Shown: piece by piece, positions 62,501 through 64,000 of the stretch | Layout of the letters: the number at the start of each line of letters is the position of its first letter | Position numbering within the stretch: position 1 is the stretch's first letter | Assembly (NCBI GenBank): GCA_030704615.1 | Contig: CM060734.1 | Location: 40,610,001 to 40,674,000, forward strand | Reading direction: 5' to 3' | DNA: 64,000 nt | Origin: Takakia lepidozioides | Taxonomy: Eukaryota > Plantae > Bryophyta | Notes under the pieces: model-generated | Databases searched by the model: none | Seen by the model: only the letters and a program-made list of their open reading frames with translations | What the model was told of the DNA's origin: nothing | Position numbers and translations under genes: made by a program

Positions 62501-63545
62501 ACAGAGGGTGTTTCGTAGTTGGTGTGTTGCTTGCAAGTGATCATGAAGTAGGCTGCATCACTACAATGTGCTTGAAAGGACACACTCTACATGTGGCATG
62601 CATGTACAGTACGGTGTTGGTCAGGGGGACTGAGTTGCAGCTTCTATTTGGTTTCTGCCAGAAAATACGCAGCGGAGAAGGTCCGCCTGAAAACGGAACG
62701 GAGAGCATTTGCAAAAGCATGGCGGAGGGGCGGTCGTAGGCGCAGATCCCCGGTGGAGTACCCGACAACAATGAGGAGCTGCAGCCCTTTACAGTGTGGG
62801 TCAGATCTGCAATTGCAGTGTACGCATCAGAGAACGAGGACCCAGATGAGGGCATGGTGAGTCTGTCATTCCCCCCAGGGCTGATTGCCACTTCGTACCG
62901 GTCAATGAAAGCATATGGCAATCACTATAGAGTGGACGATGCCAACACCAGCCTCCTGGTGACTTATGACAGCGGAGTGGCATCATTTTTTGAACAAGAG
63001 AGTAGGAGCTGTGCACGAGATCGGAATCCAATTTCATGCCATGTGCAATATGTAGGAGTGATCAAAGAGATCCTTAAACTAGACTATGGTCTTGTGAAGC
63101 CAATTCTATTCCGTTGTTCTTGGGTAAAAGCCAATATGGTAGGAGAGAATGCCACCATGAAACGGGATGAGTACGGGTTCCTCCTTGCTGATTTCAGAAA
63201 AATGCTACCACAAGATGAAGAGCCATTCATCTTCCCATCGCAAGTTGAGCAAGTTTTCTTTTCAGATGACATCCATGCGCCGGGATGGAAGGTGGTTCTT
63301 CACAAGGACCCCGGGCCAAACGAGTCGTTGCCGACGTCCATGATCTGGACCTAGGGGAGAATGCCGACCACGAGGGTCTGAGGGAACCACGAAATCTACC
63401 AGATACGGCCGAACCAGTCTCTTTGGAAGGAGCAGTTACCTTTAATGAGGAAGACATTCCAGGGTTGGTAATTACCGCCAGGCAAATTGCAGATGTGGGT
63501 AGTGAAGGGGAAGATTATTTGGATACGGATAGTGAGCCCAGCTGA
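59550..63545 (+). CDS. CACTA transposase TnpD/Tnp2 (transposase-associated, Transposase_21, DUF4218, DUF4216), three exons, several frameshifts
   Basis: MPCPCERC...RTHLL; IHACPKGHVLF...CPKCG; DPRNVRLAVSTDGVNPY; WSIHDFPAYG; LDPMHCEKN; MKSHDLHV; FPPSFFDVMTHLLVHL...RWMYPMERYM...PEGSMAEGY; EPFIFPSQVEQVFF; introns at about 61.21-61.48 kb and 62.37-62.66 kb. Confidence 0.95.
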
Positions 63546-64000
63546 ATCTCAGTGTCCATTAAGCCAGCAGCTCATAGACGAGAGCTATGCTAAGGACTCT
63601 TACTGTCCTTAGAACCCATTTTGTACAGTCCTGCTTATAAGCAAGGGCGAGACAGTTAATAGTATCGATAATGTATGGGTATGTGGTCACTGACTGTCTT
63701 GTGAACAAACCTTTTTTTGTTCTGCCCATATTGTTTCTGACATGTGAGGAGAGGATCGTCTTCATGTACGGGAAGTAGACGTGAATGTGTGCATGCATTT
63801 TCTGGCCCATCTGCATGCTTTCCAGGAACAAAGACCAGTGGAATGGGGGGTGTCTCCAAAGGAGCAGGACCGAACGACACCTTTTTGTGCTTCCCTTGCT
63901 TTCCTTCTCACCGTTGTTCCATTCTCCCACCTGCCCAACAGCAGCACTCTCGAAGCAATAGCATGACATATGTTCGCACATGGTCTTCTTCACCAGTGAA

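Larger units (their letters stand above)
47687..64000. mobile_element. Large CACTA (En/Spm) transposon; right end lies beyond the window
   Basis: CACTACCCTG terminus at 47687, followed by subterminal repeats (GTGAGCGG, CCGCGG, GGATGAA) and an abrupt rise in GC; encloses TnpA-like and TnpD-like genes. The left terminus is inferred without its partner. Confidence 0.75.

Noticed and set aside
59360-63457. Many overlapping minus-strand ORFs over the transposase (and similar ones over pol genes)
   Set aside because: Antisense shadows of real coding sequence, with no independent motifs.

Overview
This window is repeat-dense plant nuclear DNA. Spliceosomal introns, TTTAGGG repeats, a PLS-class PPR fragment and the TE families point to a seed-free land plant such as a bryophyte (inference). 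In order along the window: (1) the last five exons of a CYP85-clan (CYP707A-like) P450; (2) a full-length decayed Ty3/Gypsy chromovirus (5386-11391, TSD GCTTC) with an extra ORF upstream of gag, and an inverted truncated sister copy; (3) two arrays of degenerate palindromes; (4) a decayed Copia element hit by three 4-bp-TSD MITEs; (5) a LINE fragment with a 2A-like peptide; (6) a ~15 kb unassigned island (32.1-47.1 kb); (7) a large CACTA element from 47687 to the window end, carrying a spliced N4/N6 amino-methyltransferase gene, TnpA, captured PPR and LINE fragments, and TnpD. The island is the most unusual part. It encodes an RNA Pol II CTD-like heptad protein, a ParB-like plus methyltransferase-fold protein and three FCP1-like phosphatase domains. 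It is punctuated by about 13 copies of the palindrome GCACGC-GCGATCGC-GCGTGC, whose core is the cyanobacterial HIP1 octamer. At least two adjacent gene segments appear flipped in place exactly at these palindromes, like a shufflon. All domain calls are by-eye motif recognition; no searches were run.
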